A DNA stretch of 40,227 nucleotides from a virus. Location of the stretch: UHGV virus genome UHGV-0148877; one strand, 5' to 3'. Under the pieces are notes generated by a model. It searched no databases and had not been told where the DNA came from. It saw nothing but the letters and a program-made list of their open reading frames with translations. Shown here in pieces: positions 7,903-18,396 of the stretch (position 1 is the stretch's first letter; the number at the start of each line of letters is the position of its first letter). A program made the translations under genes and the position numbers.

Positions 7903-8754
7903 TCACTGTGCAGTTTTCGCTGATCGATTTTCAGCTCTAAATTCAAGAACCGTTTCAATATTTCTTTCCTTCAGCATATCAATAACATTTTTATTCATTT
8001 GACTATCACTGGTTAATAACTGGTAAACGTTGCTTCTCTCTTTATCAGAGTTTTCTTTAACAGCTGCTTTGCATGCCAAATGCTTATTGAAATTTTCTAC
8101 ATCGCTAGTACAGGAATTTACGGCTGCTGATGAAATATCAGACGCTGAAGAAACACCGTCATCCAAACGTTTTATAGCATTTTCTATACATGAGTTAAGG
8201 GAATAAACGACAACTGAGCGATACCCTTCAGACGCACACCATTCTAAATTTCTTGAAGGATCGAGTGGTTTTACTTCGCTGGATTGAATTAACTTGTCAA
8301 AAACTGACTTATATTCAATCTGTTTTTTATCTATAGCCCATACTTCAGTAGCTGATTTATAATTCCCCGTATGCCTATTAACATCAAATCCATGTTTTAT
8401 AAGCAAATCTGCCCATGAAAGATTTATTGATTCATTGTTATGAGGCCATTTTCCTGTCAGAACCGCCCCCATAGACCCCATATATCCGCCATATGATGGT
8501 ATAGCACCATGGCTCAGTAACTTCTCTGCAACCACAGGGCAATTAATTACATAAGAGGCGTAAAGCCCATTCCATAAAGCCCCTCTATAGTAATCGCCAC
8601 GATTAGGTTCTTTTAAGTCGATAGCCTTTGATAATTGTTCGCACGTTTTGCATGCATCAAAGTTATCCTTATTGCATTGCAATGAACTGGCAGCTGTAGG
8701 ATTTACAGAGACTATTGAAAGCACTATGCCAAAAAACAAATTTATTTTTTTCAT
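7903..8754 (-). CDS. Secreted Cys-containing protein of unknown function
   Basis: 283 aa; N-terminal signal peptide MKKINLFFGIVLSIVSVNPTAASS; about 8 Cys; strongly AT-rich relative to the structural genes; ATG 1 nt after the stop of the 1129-aa protein gene. Confidence 0.6.
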   Translation of the reverse strand: MKKINLFFGIVLSIVSVNPTAASSLQCNKDNFDACKTCEQLSKAIDLKEPNRGDYYRGALWNGLYASYVINCPVVAEKLLSHGAIPSYGGYMGSMGAVLTGKWPHNNESINLSWADLLIKHGFDVNRHTGNYKSATEVWAIDKKQIEYKSVFDKLIQSSEVKPLDPSRNLEWCASEGYRSVVVYSLNSCIENAIKRLDDGVSSASDISSAAVNSCTSDVENFNKHLACKAAVKENSDKERSNVYQLLTSDSQMNKNVIDMLKERNIETVLEFRAENRSAKTAQ

Positions 8755-8755
8755 C

Positions 8756-11700
8756 CTATTTCATCTGCTCTTCAACTTTATTTAGTAATGGTGATATCGC
8801 CCACAGATTCTGAAAAGGTAGCATTTTACGGACAGCGTGGGTTTGCTGGCTGTCAAATTCTCCGTTAAGTACACCATTTGCAACCGTCGCGGCATCACCG
8901 CCAAGATCAAAGGTAGGACCAAGTAAAGCACCAATAGCATTACGACTCTGAAACCTTGATACCGGAGGCGCACCAAACATCGCGCCAAGACCAAACCTAC
9001 CGCCGCTTATGTTCTCAACGGTATTCAGCGGCTCAGAGAGCCAGCCAAGCATTCCGCCCCGGTCGATCCCCTCTTTCACAAGGTTATTCCAGCTGTAGTC
9101 GATATCGCGACCGCTTAACTTCTGTTTCATCATATAGACCATTGAGCCAAGCGCAATCGTGCCAAGCGCACCAAGATAGAATGCAGCATCGCCCTGCTGG
9201 ATACCAGATACCAGCACCCTGTTATGCTGTGCGAAGATAAACGTTTTGAACTGCGTGATCATCTTCCAGCCTTCTTTACTAAAAAACAGCGGTGTATCAC
9301 CTACGCCAGGCGTTACAATCACTGAGTCTACATCTTTCAGCACTGCAGACTGGAAAATCTCTCTAGCGAAACGGTCATCCCACAGATGACTATGCCCGGT
9401 TAACAGCCCGTCCATATCCTCTCCGTGCTTCCCGAATTGCTCCCCGATTCGGCGCAGAACATCTTCATTGATGCCGACCTGTGCCATCTTCCGCATTTCA
9501 CTTTTGGAGAGCGTGCCACCAGCAGAAACTTGGCGAGCCGCGTCAAGTATCCTCGACTGCACTATCATCCCAGACCATGATTTAAGTGCGCTGTTCCACT
9601 GATTCATCAGCGTCCAGTTACCGAATTTCTGCGTCATCCAGTTCAGACCTCGCTCAGCGGCGCTTCTCCGGCTATAGGGGTCAGTAAGATCCGCTATAGC
9701 CTTTGTACGCGTAGACAGGACATAATCAAGCCCAACTGCCATTTCTCGCAAATCCCTGGTTGCAATTTTCACTGAGTCCATATTTTTAAGCATGCTTACC
9801 ATTGGTCCGAGAGATTTTCTCAGGCCATGCTGCATCATCGGTCGCATCAGATCAGTTGCAGCGGAGACAGTCATTCCACCAAGCAAACGGAGGAAGTTAA
9901 TATTCCTAGCAACTCGCCCGGCACGAACAAAGAAACTGCGTGGATCTTGAGGTGCACCGTAAGTACCAAGCAGTCGATCACGCATAGCCGTAATATCCCT
10001 AATATCAGCCTCCCGTTGCTTCTCAAGAACTGCACGTCGTTTAGGTGTTTTAGCCTCTTTTATTAGCCGGGTATATTCCTCACTAACCTGACGGATTTGC
10101 TCCCCCATATCTTTACGGCCAAACTGCGCAGTCAGCTCAATTTCTGGTGCCACCTGCCGGAGATAACTTTCCATGATGTAGTTAACATCTGATTCAAGAA
10201 AATCTTCTATACGCTCATCAGGAATAAGCAGCGTTCTGCTTTTAGTGAAACCAGCCCGACCAACGAGTCTCTCTGGGATAATATCGGCTGGTACAAGCCC
10301 GGAAGGTGCGCCTATTATTTTATTCACGATCTCGTCAGCAGCGTCCTCTGCTTCCTCTCGGGATAGAGGCTCCATCTGCTTCAGTGCTCGCTCGCGGCTT
10401 GCATTCAGCCTTGTGGTTGAATTTGCCCGTTTTTGCAGTCGGCGAAGCTCAGAACGATATTTCCGTGGATTATCCAGCAACTCCATATGGCGCTGATAGA
10501 CAGGAAGCTCACTCTTTGCCTGCGCTATATCATCAAGGCGTGTTTTAAGGTCAGAGCTTTCTTTCATCATTCTTGCCTGAAGTTTTTCTGATGAAGTCTC
10601 GGCCAACTCTTTTTCTATTCTTGTAAGACGCGCCTGTGTGTCAGTCTCCTGAGATATAAGCTTATTTCGTTTATCCAGTTCTTCCATGAGTAGAATTTTT
10701 TTACCAGACCATTTCTCCGCTTCAGCGATTTCACTAGCGAGAGCATCAGCGCGCGGTGCTGATTCCTCTGCAGTTTTTAGCAATGAATTTATCTTTTCAA
10801 TTCGCTGACCTGCTTTGTCAGCACCTTTGGCACTAATCACTTGTATCCAGTTGGCAATTCGCCCTCTGAATTCAGTGCGGTCGGAAAGTATCTTATCGAA
10901 CTTATAAATGCGGGGAAGATAACTCTTCGCCGTCACGACATCGATATCCTCAGGAAGGATCCCCAATTCCTGCATACGGGCTTTTGTGGTCTCAAAAATG
11001 GGGCGGATTCTGGCGGCTGCTTGTGAAACCTCAGGAATATCACTCTGATCACCACGGCGCATAGCCATGCCAACAGCTTCATTGAAATCAATAAAGTTCA
11101 TCCTCTTCACGCCGCGGGCGCTGACAGATTTGCTGTACTGCTGGTAAGCATCACGAGTAGCTTCCATCTGCTTATAAAGCATGGCGTCGTATTGCTTAAT
11201 CTTAGTCTCGACTGCCGTAAACGTAGCCAACCCCTCATCATTTTTGGCGAAGAAATAGTTATTTTCGGCAAGCTGCTGGTTAATCTGACGGGAGACAAGA
11301 GATGGTGATTGCGCCAAGCGGCCAGCAGGAGTGACACTCAACGTTTTGTTAGCAAGTCCAAGTCCAGCGAGCTGTTCCTGATCGAGTGTGGTATTGAAAA
11401 CCTGAGCTGCACCAATGCTTTGAGGAGAATCCATACCTCGCAAATGATTACCTACTGAGTTAACCACTGCCTCGCGCGCGCTAGGTCCAGCAAGTAGCTG
11501 TGCACCAGCACCAAGGATCCCACCAACGAGAGCATCAACAACAACGTTCGATACGCTCTCCATCGGTGAGCGAGCTTCCTGAGTGGCCTGTAATGCGGCT
11601 TCTGATACTCCCCCACCAGCAGCATTCGCCAGGGCAAAACGCCCTGCCGTCTCAGCAATACTTCCTCCACGCGCTACCGCCCCTACAGGGATGAACATTG

Positions 11701-12145
11701 CAGCCACATTAACCGGGTCTATCATTCCCATTGCTAAGCTTGAAATAGTACCAGCACCACCCATTTCAGATAGATATTCTCTATCTGTTCTTTGCTTATC
11801 GATTCGATGTTTAATTGCCATTGTTTCTTCATGCGAACCGGAGTTGATAAACGAATCTGCAAAATCTTCATAGCCTTTAATATCTGCTGCATCGTTATCA
11901 AATGGGTTATATCCTTCAACCCTGTCAAACTGACTGAAAGGAGCACTGGCAATAAAGCTACCCAGCGTGTTATCTATACGAAATGCTGCTTGTCTAGACC
12001 TTTGAACGCGTTGATCACTGGTAAATGGGTTCACAGCAGAAAGCAAAGAAGGTGTTTCCATATAGAAATTACTGTCATCAGGTGCTGCTATTTGCTGAAT
12101 ATCCTCGCCAAGCAACTCTTTAGGATCCTGTTCATATATCGGCAT
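8756..12145 (-). CDS. Large internal virion / ejection protein
   Basis: 1129 aa, largest of three consecutive big proteins after the tail-tube genes, the arrangement used for podovirus internal core (ejection) proteins; long coiled-coil-like central region. Confidence 0.65.
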   Translation of the reverse strand: MPIYEQDPKELLGEDIQQIAAPDDSNFYMETPSLLSAVNPFTSDQRVQRSRQAAFRIDNTLGSFIASAPFSQFDRVEGYNPFDNDAADIKGYEDFADSFINSGSHEETMAIKHRIDKQRTDREYLSEMGGAGTISSLAMGMIDPVNVAAMFIPVGAVARGGSIAETAGRFALANAAGGGVSEAALQATQEARSPMESVSNVVVDALVGGILGAGAQLLAGPSAREAVVNSVGNHLRGMDSPQSIGAAQVFNTTLDQEQLAGLGLANKTLSVTPAGRLAQSPSLVSRQINQQLAENNYFFAKNDEGLATFTAVETKIKQYDAMLYKQMEATRDAYQQYSKSVSARGVKRMNFIDFNEAVGMAMRRGDQSDIPEVSQAAARIRPIFETTKARMQELGILPEDIDVVTAKSYLPRIYKFDKILSDRTEFRGRIANWIQVISAKGADKAGQRIEKINSLLKTAEESAPRADALASEIAEAEKWSGKKILLMEELDKRNKLISQETDTQARLTRIEKELAETSSEKLQARMMKESSDLKTRLDDIAQAKSELPVYQRHMELLDNPRKYRSELRRLQKRANSTTRLNASRERALKQMEPLSREEAEDAADEIVNKIIGAPSGLVPADIIPERLVGRAGFTKSRTLLIPDERIEDFLESDVNYIMESYLRQVAPEIELTAQFGRKDMGEQIRQVSEEYTRLIKEAKTPKRRAVLEKQREADIRDITAMRDRLLGTYGAPQDPRSFFVRAGRVARNINFLRLLGGMTVSAATDLMRPMMQHGLRKSLGPMVSMLKNMDSVKIATRDLREMAVGLDYVLSTRTKAIADLTDPYSRRSAAERGLNWMTQKFGNWTLMNQWNSALKSWSGMIVQSRILDAARQVSAGGTLSKSEMRKMAQVGINEDVLRRIGEQFGKHGEDMDGLLTGHSHLWDDRFAREIFQSAVLKDVDSVIVTPGVGDTPLFFSKEGWKMITQFKTFIFAQHNRVLVSGIQQGDAAFYLGALGTIALGSMVYMMKQKLSGRDIDYSWNNLVKEGIDRGGMLGWLSEPLNTVENISGGRFGLGAMFGAPPVSRFQSRNAIGALLGPTFDLGGDAATVANGVLNGEFDSQQTHAVRKMLPFQNLWAISPLLNKVEEQMK

Positions 12146-14892
12146 TATTTGCCCCCTGCGTATATATTGCTCGGAAGGTAATTGGCTGAACCATAACCGA
12201 ATGGTTTGGTCAGATCTGGAGGAGTATATCCATCTTTATTGCTGAACTGCGGCAGCGGATTGCCTTCTCTCCGCACTCTAGCCTCATCAACACGCTGTTG
12301 CTGGAACTGAATGGTTTGCCTGTACATTGGAGATGTCAGCTGATCCGGCTTGAAACGAACAGGGAGACCATTTTCTCCAATATAATTTCTCGGTTCTATC
12401 GCTCCGTTTGCGTCAGGCTGTAAAACCATAACAGCATAACTCCTATCCCTTGCCGTAAGGCCATCAGAAACAAGTATTAAGTCCGTATCACTGCGAGGAC
12501 CGCCAAAGGATTTTGATTTAAGCTCGCGTTTTTCCTGCTCCCACTGCCCCTGTATCCAGTTACCAGCACCATTATTTACTCCGTACAATGCCTCAGGTGC
12601 ATACTTCATAACCTCTGCTTTGCCATTAACTGTAGAAACTCCCCAGGTGGTTCTGATCATGGCATTGGTCATTTTCTCAGCCTGTTCTGCATCGCCACCT
12701 GTCTGTACAAAGTTAGCATCGTAAATTGTCTGGTAATCTCGCTGATAGGCCGCATTTGATTTTCCTGGATCGGTAATATCCGGAGACCACGAACCAAAGG
12801 AAGTCAGACTGCTGGCGTTATTTTGTGCAGCAGTTGCCCTCGCCGCGACATATTTTTTGTCTCGCATGGCAGTGGAAAGCATCTGTTTCATTCGGTCATC
12901 CTGTTGGAACACCTGGCTGTAAGCCATATCAACAGCCTTATCCTCCGGCACGCCAGCGCGGGAATAATCGTAAACCTTGCCGTAAAATGCCATCGTACTT
13001 TTATCAAGTGTTGCCGCTGCCGCCGGATTATTATCGAATAACTGACCGTAGAATTTTGCCATCGGGACAACCAGCGCAGGATCTCTTGATGTTGCTCCAC
13101 TGTTAAGCATTGTTTTAACCTGAGTTGGTATCATGCCGCTTTTAGTTGTGGCGGTGACCAGTGTATTGATGCTCTGCGGATCAGATATGGAAAACGAAGG
13201 CGCGATATCCTGCGCGAAATAACGGTCTACCGCTGCCTGATTGTTTTTGTCGTTAGGGTCCAGCGGGAAGTTATTTTGCATTGAAGACACGAACCTGTTT
13301 CTTCCCTGCTGAATCTCCCACTCCCTATCCATCTCTTTAAATTTGGCCTGCATTTTCTCCCAGCGTTGCTGGTTAGCTGCAAATCCAGGAGCATTTGGAT
13401 CCTGTGGACGTAAACGTTCAAGAATGTCTTGTCGTCCTTCTGGAGTGAGGTCTTTAGCGGCACCAATGACACCTCCATATTGTATCTGCGCCTGCATATC
13501 CTTCCACTTCATAGCGCCAATGCGCGGACCATTGGCCCGGATAAAATCGTCCTCAGAAGGTAACTTCTCAGGTTTCAATCCTTCATCAAGGGCTGAATAT
13601 GCATCTTTAACTACGGTGCTAAGCTGGTCCGCATACTGCTGGCGGTACTGATTTCTCAGCTCATTAGCCTGCCTCAATGCCTGTATTTGCATTTGAGGGC
13701 TCATAGCGTCAAATGCCGCATTGCCCGTATAACGCTTAGGTGAATCAAGGTTAGTTAGACCAAGGGCTGCCGAGATACCAGTTTCAAGCTGTTCGGTGCT
13801 ATAAGGCATACTGCCATTTTCGTGTTTAATAATCCCAGCACATAAAGCAGCTAGTGTCTTTGGGTTAGAGATATCAAGCTGATCATTCTCCCCAACACCA
13901 AGCTCACTACACAATGCCCTAATATAAGCATCAGTATTATTACCATCACTAGCCGGAGCATAGCGATTAACAATCTCGCTAACGGTGTCATAGCCTTGAC
14001 GCTGGTAAGACAACATATTTTTACCCAACGCGCGGATTCCATGCTCAGGGGTAGCAAACGTTGCAAAACGTCCATCGCTACCGATCTGACCTTCCCACGG
14101 GTTAGATTTGCTCGCTTCAATATTACCAGGGTTATTATTACGTAAACCACGAGCATCCAATGAATTACCATGTGATATTGCACGACTCACACCATCAAGA
14201 TCCCCTGGCTCTCCATTAACCTGAAGAAACTCGTTGTATTTTTGAGCGATATTTCCTATCCATGCTTGCTGCCCCATTTGTTCCTTGAGCTGAGTTTTCT
14301 GCTGAACACGCCACTCATCAGGAAGCCCATGCGCATCAGCGTATTGATCAATAGATTCAAATCGCTGCTTGGCTAAATCGACAAATGCTTGGTTATCGCT
14401 ATATAGCCCCGCAGACTGAGTGACAGCCAATGCATTTCCTGACAAATACGTTTGATCTTGGAATTGCTGAAACTGCCCAACTTCATATCGACGTGCCTGA
14501 TTGTAATAAGACTGCATAGACTGCTGGAGTTGAAAGGATAATTTATTCCTTTCCTCACTTTCAGGAATTGAGCCTAATAATGCCTGAGCCCTTTCCTGCA
14601 TATTTTTCATAACAGCGTCACTCTGACCAAGAGCGTTTTTACCCTGTTTAGAAATCAGCCCATTTTCAGGGTTGTTAATCTGGTCATCTGCAAATTGGTT
14701 AAATTGCAGTAACGCCTCCTGGGCCATAGCAACATTCGCTTTCTGCCTAGCTTCACCATATGCCACCGCATACTGATCTGCGACATTCGCCAGCACCTGA
14801 CCTGCTTGAGGAACATCGAAGGTCTGAAAACCACCGGTTTGCACACCACGACTTTGCACCTGGCGTCCGGATGTAGTAGGAACAACAGGCAT
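12145..14892 (-). CDS. Internal virion protein with putative peptidoglycan-hydrolase domain
   Basis: 915 aa; contains GLRNNNPGNIEASKSNPWEGQ...FATFATPEHGIRALGKNML, recalled as a virion-associated muralytic-domain signature; start overlaps the downstream gene stop. Confidence 0.65.
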   Translation of the reverse strand: MPVVPTTSGRQVQSRGVQTGGFQTFDVPQAGQVLANVADQYAVAYGEARQKANVAMAQEALLQFNQFADDQINNPENGLISKQGKNALGQSDAVMKNMQERAQALLGSIPESEERNKLSFQLQQSMQSYYNQARRYEVGQFQQFQDQTYLSGNALAVTQSAGLYSDNQAFVDLAKQRFESIDQYADAHGLPDEWRVQQKTQLKEQMGQQAWIGNIAQKYNEFLQVNGEPGDLDGVSRAISHGNSLDARGLRNNNPGNIEASKSNPWEGQIGSDGRFATFATPEHGIRALGKNMLSYQRQGYDTVSEIVNRYAPASDGNNTDAYIRALCSELGVGENDQLDISNPKTLAALCAGIIKHENGSMPYSTEQLETGISAALGLTNLDSPKRYTGNAAFDAMSPQMQIQALRQANELRNQYRQQYADQLSTVVKDAYSALDEGLKPEKLPSEDDFIRANGPRIGAMKWKDMQAQIQYGGVIGAAKDLTPEGRQDILERLRPQDPNAPGFAANQQRWEKMQAKFKEMDREWEIQQGRNRFVSSMQNNFPLDPNDKNNQAAVDRYFAQDIAPSFSISDPQSINTLVTATTKSGMIPTQVKTMLNSGATSRDPALVVPMAKFYGQLFDNNPAAAATLDKSTMAFYGKVYDYSRAGVPEDKAVDMAYSQVFQQDDRMKQMLSTAMRDKKYVAARATAAQNNASSLTSFGSWSPDITDPGKSNAAYQRDYQTIYDANFVQTGGDAEQAEKMTNAMIRTTWGVSTVNGKAEVMKYAPEALYGVNNGAGNWIQGQWEQEKRELKSKSFGGPRSDTDLILVSDGLTARDRSYAVMVLQPDANGAIEPRNYIGENGLPVRFKPDQLTSPMYRQTIQFQQQRVDEARVRREGNPLPQFSNKDGYTPPDLTKPFGYGSANYLPSNIYAGGK

Positions 14893-15467
14893 CAGTAACC
14901 TCCTATTTTGAATCGGGAGTCAGAATTCATAAAACCTGAGTTAGATAACATTGGCGTCCCACCACTAGATGTACTTCCTTTAGAGAACGGACTCCACGTC
15001 CCACCAAACATCTGGTACGCACCGTATGCCTTCAGAGGCGCAGTGAGCAATGTTGTTGCTGCTCCCACATTCCCCTGTTTACGGGCTGAACTGGCTTCTG
15101 CTTTATAGTTGGCAGCCTGAACCTGATAACCGTAAGCCTCGCGTTGCGCGTTATTCACCGTCGTCAGAGAATCAAGAGCGCCAAACTGGGCAGTGTCGCC
15201 AAATATATCCAGCGCGTTACCTGTAGATAAATCAGCGCCGGTAGCCCCCATTGTCGCCGCCTGTGTACCAAGCCGCTGTCGGGTCTCTCTGCGCCGTTGC
15301 TCAGCTTCAGCGTTACCTCTGTTTATTGCATCATTTGCCTGAGCAGTGGCTATATCTGCGTTCGCTTCTGCAACCTTCGAGGCATACTTTCCCTGTTGGT
15401 ACTGGGTGTATGCCTGAATGCCACTCATGGCGAGCATTGCGCCACCAGCAATAACCGGATCGCACAT
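14892..15467 (-). CDS. Internal virion protein (small core protein)
   Basis: 191 aa, Ala/Gly/Gln-rich; position between tail-tube gene and the large ejection proteins. Confidence 0.5.
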   Translation of the reverse strand: MCDPVIAGGAMLAMSGIQAYTQYQQGKYASKVAEANADIATAQANDAINRGNAEAEQRRRETRQRLGTQAATMGATGADLSTGNALDIFGDTAQFGALDSLTTVNNAQREAYGYQVQAANYKAEASSARKQGNVGAATTLLTAPLKAYGAYQMFGGTWSPFSKGSTSSGGTPMLSNSGFMNSDSRFKIGGY

Positions 15468-15931
15468 TATTTTCTCTCCATGTGAAATCTGTGGAAATTA
15501 AGACCAAGAGCACCATAAGGCGCGGCCTCTTCAAGCCTGAATCCAAGCCAGTGCAGCCATGCTTTGGCAACATGGTTTCGCTCGTCGACGTAGTTTTCCA
15601 GGCGCGGATAAATTGCCAGCATCTGCTGCAATACCGGGCGGCAGTGGCGCAGAAATGTCTTCTGATATTTTTCAATACGGCTTGTCCCGACCAGCCATGG
15701 CGTACCATTGCCACCGATCATTGACGCCGGAGATACACCAAACATGGTTACCAGTTCTCCGTTCGCAAATCCTGACCAGGCCATAGTCGCAGTGCGCAGA
15801 CCAACACGCAGCGCATCTTCGGTAGTCATCAGCGATACCGCATACAGTTCGTCAATATCAGCCTGACGAACATCCGGCAAAATCATCTGAAGATGCTCTT
15901 CGGTTGCGGGAATAATTTGAACATCGATCAT
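15467..15931 (-). CDS. Hypothetical virion-module protein
   Basis: 154 aa ORF tightly packed (overlapping start/stop) within the structural operon; no family recognised. Confidence 0.45.
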   Translation of the reverse strand: MIDVQIIPATEEHLQMILPDVRQADIDELYAVSLMTTEDALRVGLRTATMAWSGFANGELVTMFGVSPASMIGGNGTPWLVGTSRIEKYQKTFLRHCRPVLQQMLAIYPRLENYVDERNHVAKAWLHWLGFRLEEAAPYGALGLNFHRFHMERK

Positions 15932-18396
15932 CAGAATCCCCCAACAGTAAGGCGAGGAATAACGGCAAGAACAGACAGCGGCAACGGATCAAGCTGACGG
16001 ATTTTTACACGCCCGTTTTTGCCCCAGTTACTGTCCAGTTTCACTTCTACTTTTCCGGTAGCATCATCAACAGGATCATCGTAGAACTCGAATTCACGCT
16101 GTGGATATTCGTACCATTTACCGCCGGGCGTAGTCGCCCAGATGCCGCGACTGGCATTCACAACCAGAGTAACGGAGGGGATCACCTGTTTTTTGTCCAG
16201 CAGCGTTTCCTGTCCGTTAATGTTGATATCCAGTGTTTCGAATTCAGCAGTTATTGGCAGGCCGATGTGCACTACAGCCCCCGGAGATTCCAGCGTGACG
16301 GCACCTCCGGAAACCACTTTCTGTGGTTCCACGTTCGCATCAGAGAGAATGTTTACGGTCTGGCCTTCAAGATGAGACAGGCCTCCAAATGTCCGGCGCG
16401 CCATCTGCCAGTTCGTGGTGGCCACATTCCTGAGGGATGGCGGGACGTTCCTGTTAGCACGAACCACTACAGCGGTATTACTGGTTACAGAAATAATGTC
16501 GCAACGTAATTCTTTTGACACCTCATCGCCAGTATCAGGTCCGGTATAAGGGAACTGTAGTTGCGCGCCGACATCACTACTGGTGAAGTACGCACCACCA
16601 GAAACACTGATTGTATATTCCGCGCGGTAATCCCATTCGCCAGAACCACCAGTGATGATCATCGTTCTGTCAGACGTATTTCTTCCATCATAGCTAAGGC
16701 CAGAATCAACAAAGAAAGCATCTTCATCGCTGGTAAATAAACGGCTGGACAGTCGCTCGATGTATCTCACTGTTTGCCCGTTAACGGTTCGGTTAACGAC
16801 GAAATACACCGCATCTTCATTGCCTTCGCTGATACTGCATGTGCTTTCATATTTTCCGGTACTGGATTGTGGTGCCCATGCAAAAACCTGCTGATCACGC
16901 AAATAGGTCATCACCAGTAATTTACCGTCATCACGAATGCAGAAGGCACTGGAGTAAGGGACAATCGAGAAGCACCAGTCAACAATGCTGTGCTTCTGAA
17001 AAAGATGATTGGCAAGGATGGTCAGGTCGTTCCCCTGATAGCCGTCAACATCGAATGAGTAGGCCAGATCACGGACAATGCTGCCTTTCTCCTGGACGAA
17101 CAGAGCAATATTCGCCACGGCAATTGGCGGGACGTTGCTTGAGCCATTTGATCCCTGAGAGCTGAATGCAAATGATGATGGGGTTAACACTTTGTTCTGG
17201 TCGCCGGTGATGACGTACTCACCTCCGGAAGTCAGCGCCACCAGAGAACCAACATCAATCAGGTGGCGGATCTCATTAACCTGACGTCCGGCATAGGTGT
17301 AGATAATTCTGTCGTCATCCTGCGTAGGATTGCTTTTGCCAAAATCCTTATAATCCCCGGTACGGCTGGCCCAGATAGTCTGAGGAAACGCAGTCGATGC
17401 GGCGAAGTAAAGACGTTGTTGATAATAAACAACAGTGCCAGGATAACCATTAACACTGTTCCAGGCATATTTAGCCCATTTATAGCTGGCATTATCCTCG
17501 CCAACGACCTGCGAAGGGATATAGGAAATCACCTCGGCAGTTGCAGTAGTTCCATTTGCAGCAGTGATACGGGCAATGCCAAAACCACTGTGCAGATATT
17601 CCCACTCAATGCCAGTATCATCATCACCGGATCCGCCCCAGCCATCCCATGATGTGCCTTCTGTATGCGAAGGGCGCAAAGTACCTGTTTTGCCTGCTGT
17701 AACGGCGCGATAGTAGTTACTGTCTGCACGGCGAATATCGCCAATCGACGTACTCTTACTGGTTTCCCATACCGGCACAGAATCCACTGCAGGCTGTTCC
17801 AGATAGAACAATTTGCCTACCTGCTCCGCGCCAAAAATAGAGGCGCTTGCCGTTAACGTAATTGTCCCGGTGCTGGCGCTGGCATAAACCGTCACTGACT
17901 CGTCAATATTGATATCTTCAAATGGCCCGTTCTTCGTTACCACATCAACCAGTTGCCAGTTGTCATGAGCATATCGGCGCAACTCTTTCGGCGGGTATGC
18001 CGGGTGAACCAGCGTAAGCACGTCGGCGCTTTGCGTGAATTTAATTCGGAACAGATCGGCTTCAGTATATGGCGTGGCAATTTCATAAATAACATTGCTG
18101 CTGTTCAGCACCAACGCACCATCTTTGATAACGCGCATGTACTGGTGTCCGAACTCCAGAGCATAGGTCTGAACCGTCGAGAACTGGAACGGGATCAGGC
18201 GGCATTTCCGATTTGGGTATTTGGCGGCACCGACAAAACGCGTACCAGGTCGATTCTCAACGCCGCCATACTGCCGCACGATAAAGTTATCGCACTTGCG
18301 CAATGCCACCTGGTACTTCGCCATGTCAATACGCCCGTACAACGACGGTCCAATCTCACCACCGGCAAAGCTGGGCTGGATCCAACTGATAGCCAT
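15931..18396 (-). CDS. Tail tube / nozzle protein (tail tubular protein B-like)
   Basis: 821 aa, directly after the 202-aa adaptor-like gene, size and order as in podovirus tail tubular protein B; assignment by synteny. Confidence 0.55.
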   Translation of the reverse strand: MAISWIQPSFAGGEIGPSLYGRIDMAKYQVALRKCDNFIVRQYGGVENRPGTRFVGAAKYPNRKCRLIPFQFSTVQTYALEFGHQYMRVIKDGALVLNSSNVIYEIATPYTEADLFRIKFTQSADVLTLVHPAYPPKELRRYAHDNWQLVDVVTKNGPFEDINIDESVTVYASASTGTITLTASASIFGAEQVGKLFYLEQPAVDSVPVWETSKSTSIGDIRRADSNYYRAVTAGKTGTLRPSHTEGTSWDGWGGSGDDDTGIEWEYLHSGFGIARITAANGTTATAEVISYIPSQVVGEDNASYKWAKYAWNSVNGYPGTVVYYQQRLYFAASTAFPQTIWASRTGDYKDFGKSNPTQDDDRIIYTYAGRQVNEIRHLIDVGSLVALTSGGEYVITGDQNKVLTPSSFAFSSQGSNGSSNVPPIAVANIALFVQEKGSIVRDLAYSFDVDGYQGNDLTILANHLFQKHSIVDWCFSIVPYSSAFCIRDDGKLLVMTYLRDQQVFAWAPQSSTGKYESTCSISEGNEDAVYFVVNRTVNGQTVRYIERLSSRLFTSDEDAFFVDSGLSYDGRNTSDRTMIITGGSGEWDYRAEYTISVSGGAYFTSSDVGAQLQFPYTGPDTGDEVSKELRCDIISVTSNTAVVVRANRNVPPSLRNVATTNWQMARRTFGGLSHLEGQTVNILSDANVEPQKVVSGGAVTLESPGAVVHIGLPITAEFETLDININGQETLLDKKQVIPSVTLVVNASRGIWATTPGGKWYEYPQREFEFYDDPVDDATGKVEVKLDSNWGKNGRVKIRQLDPLPLSVLAVIPRLTVGGF

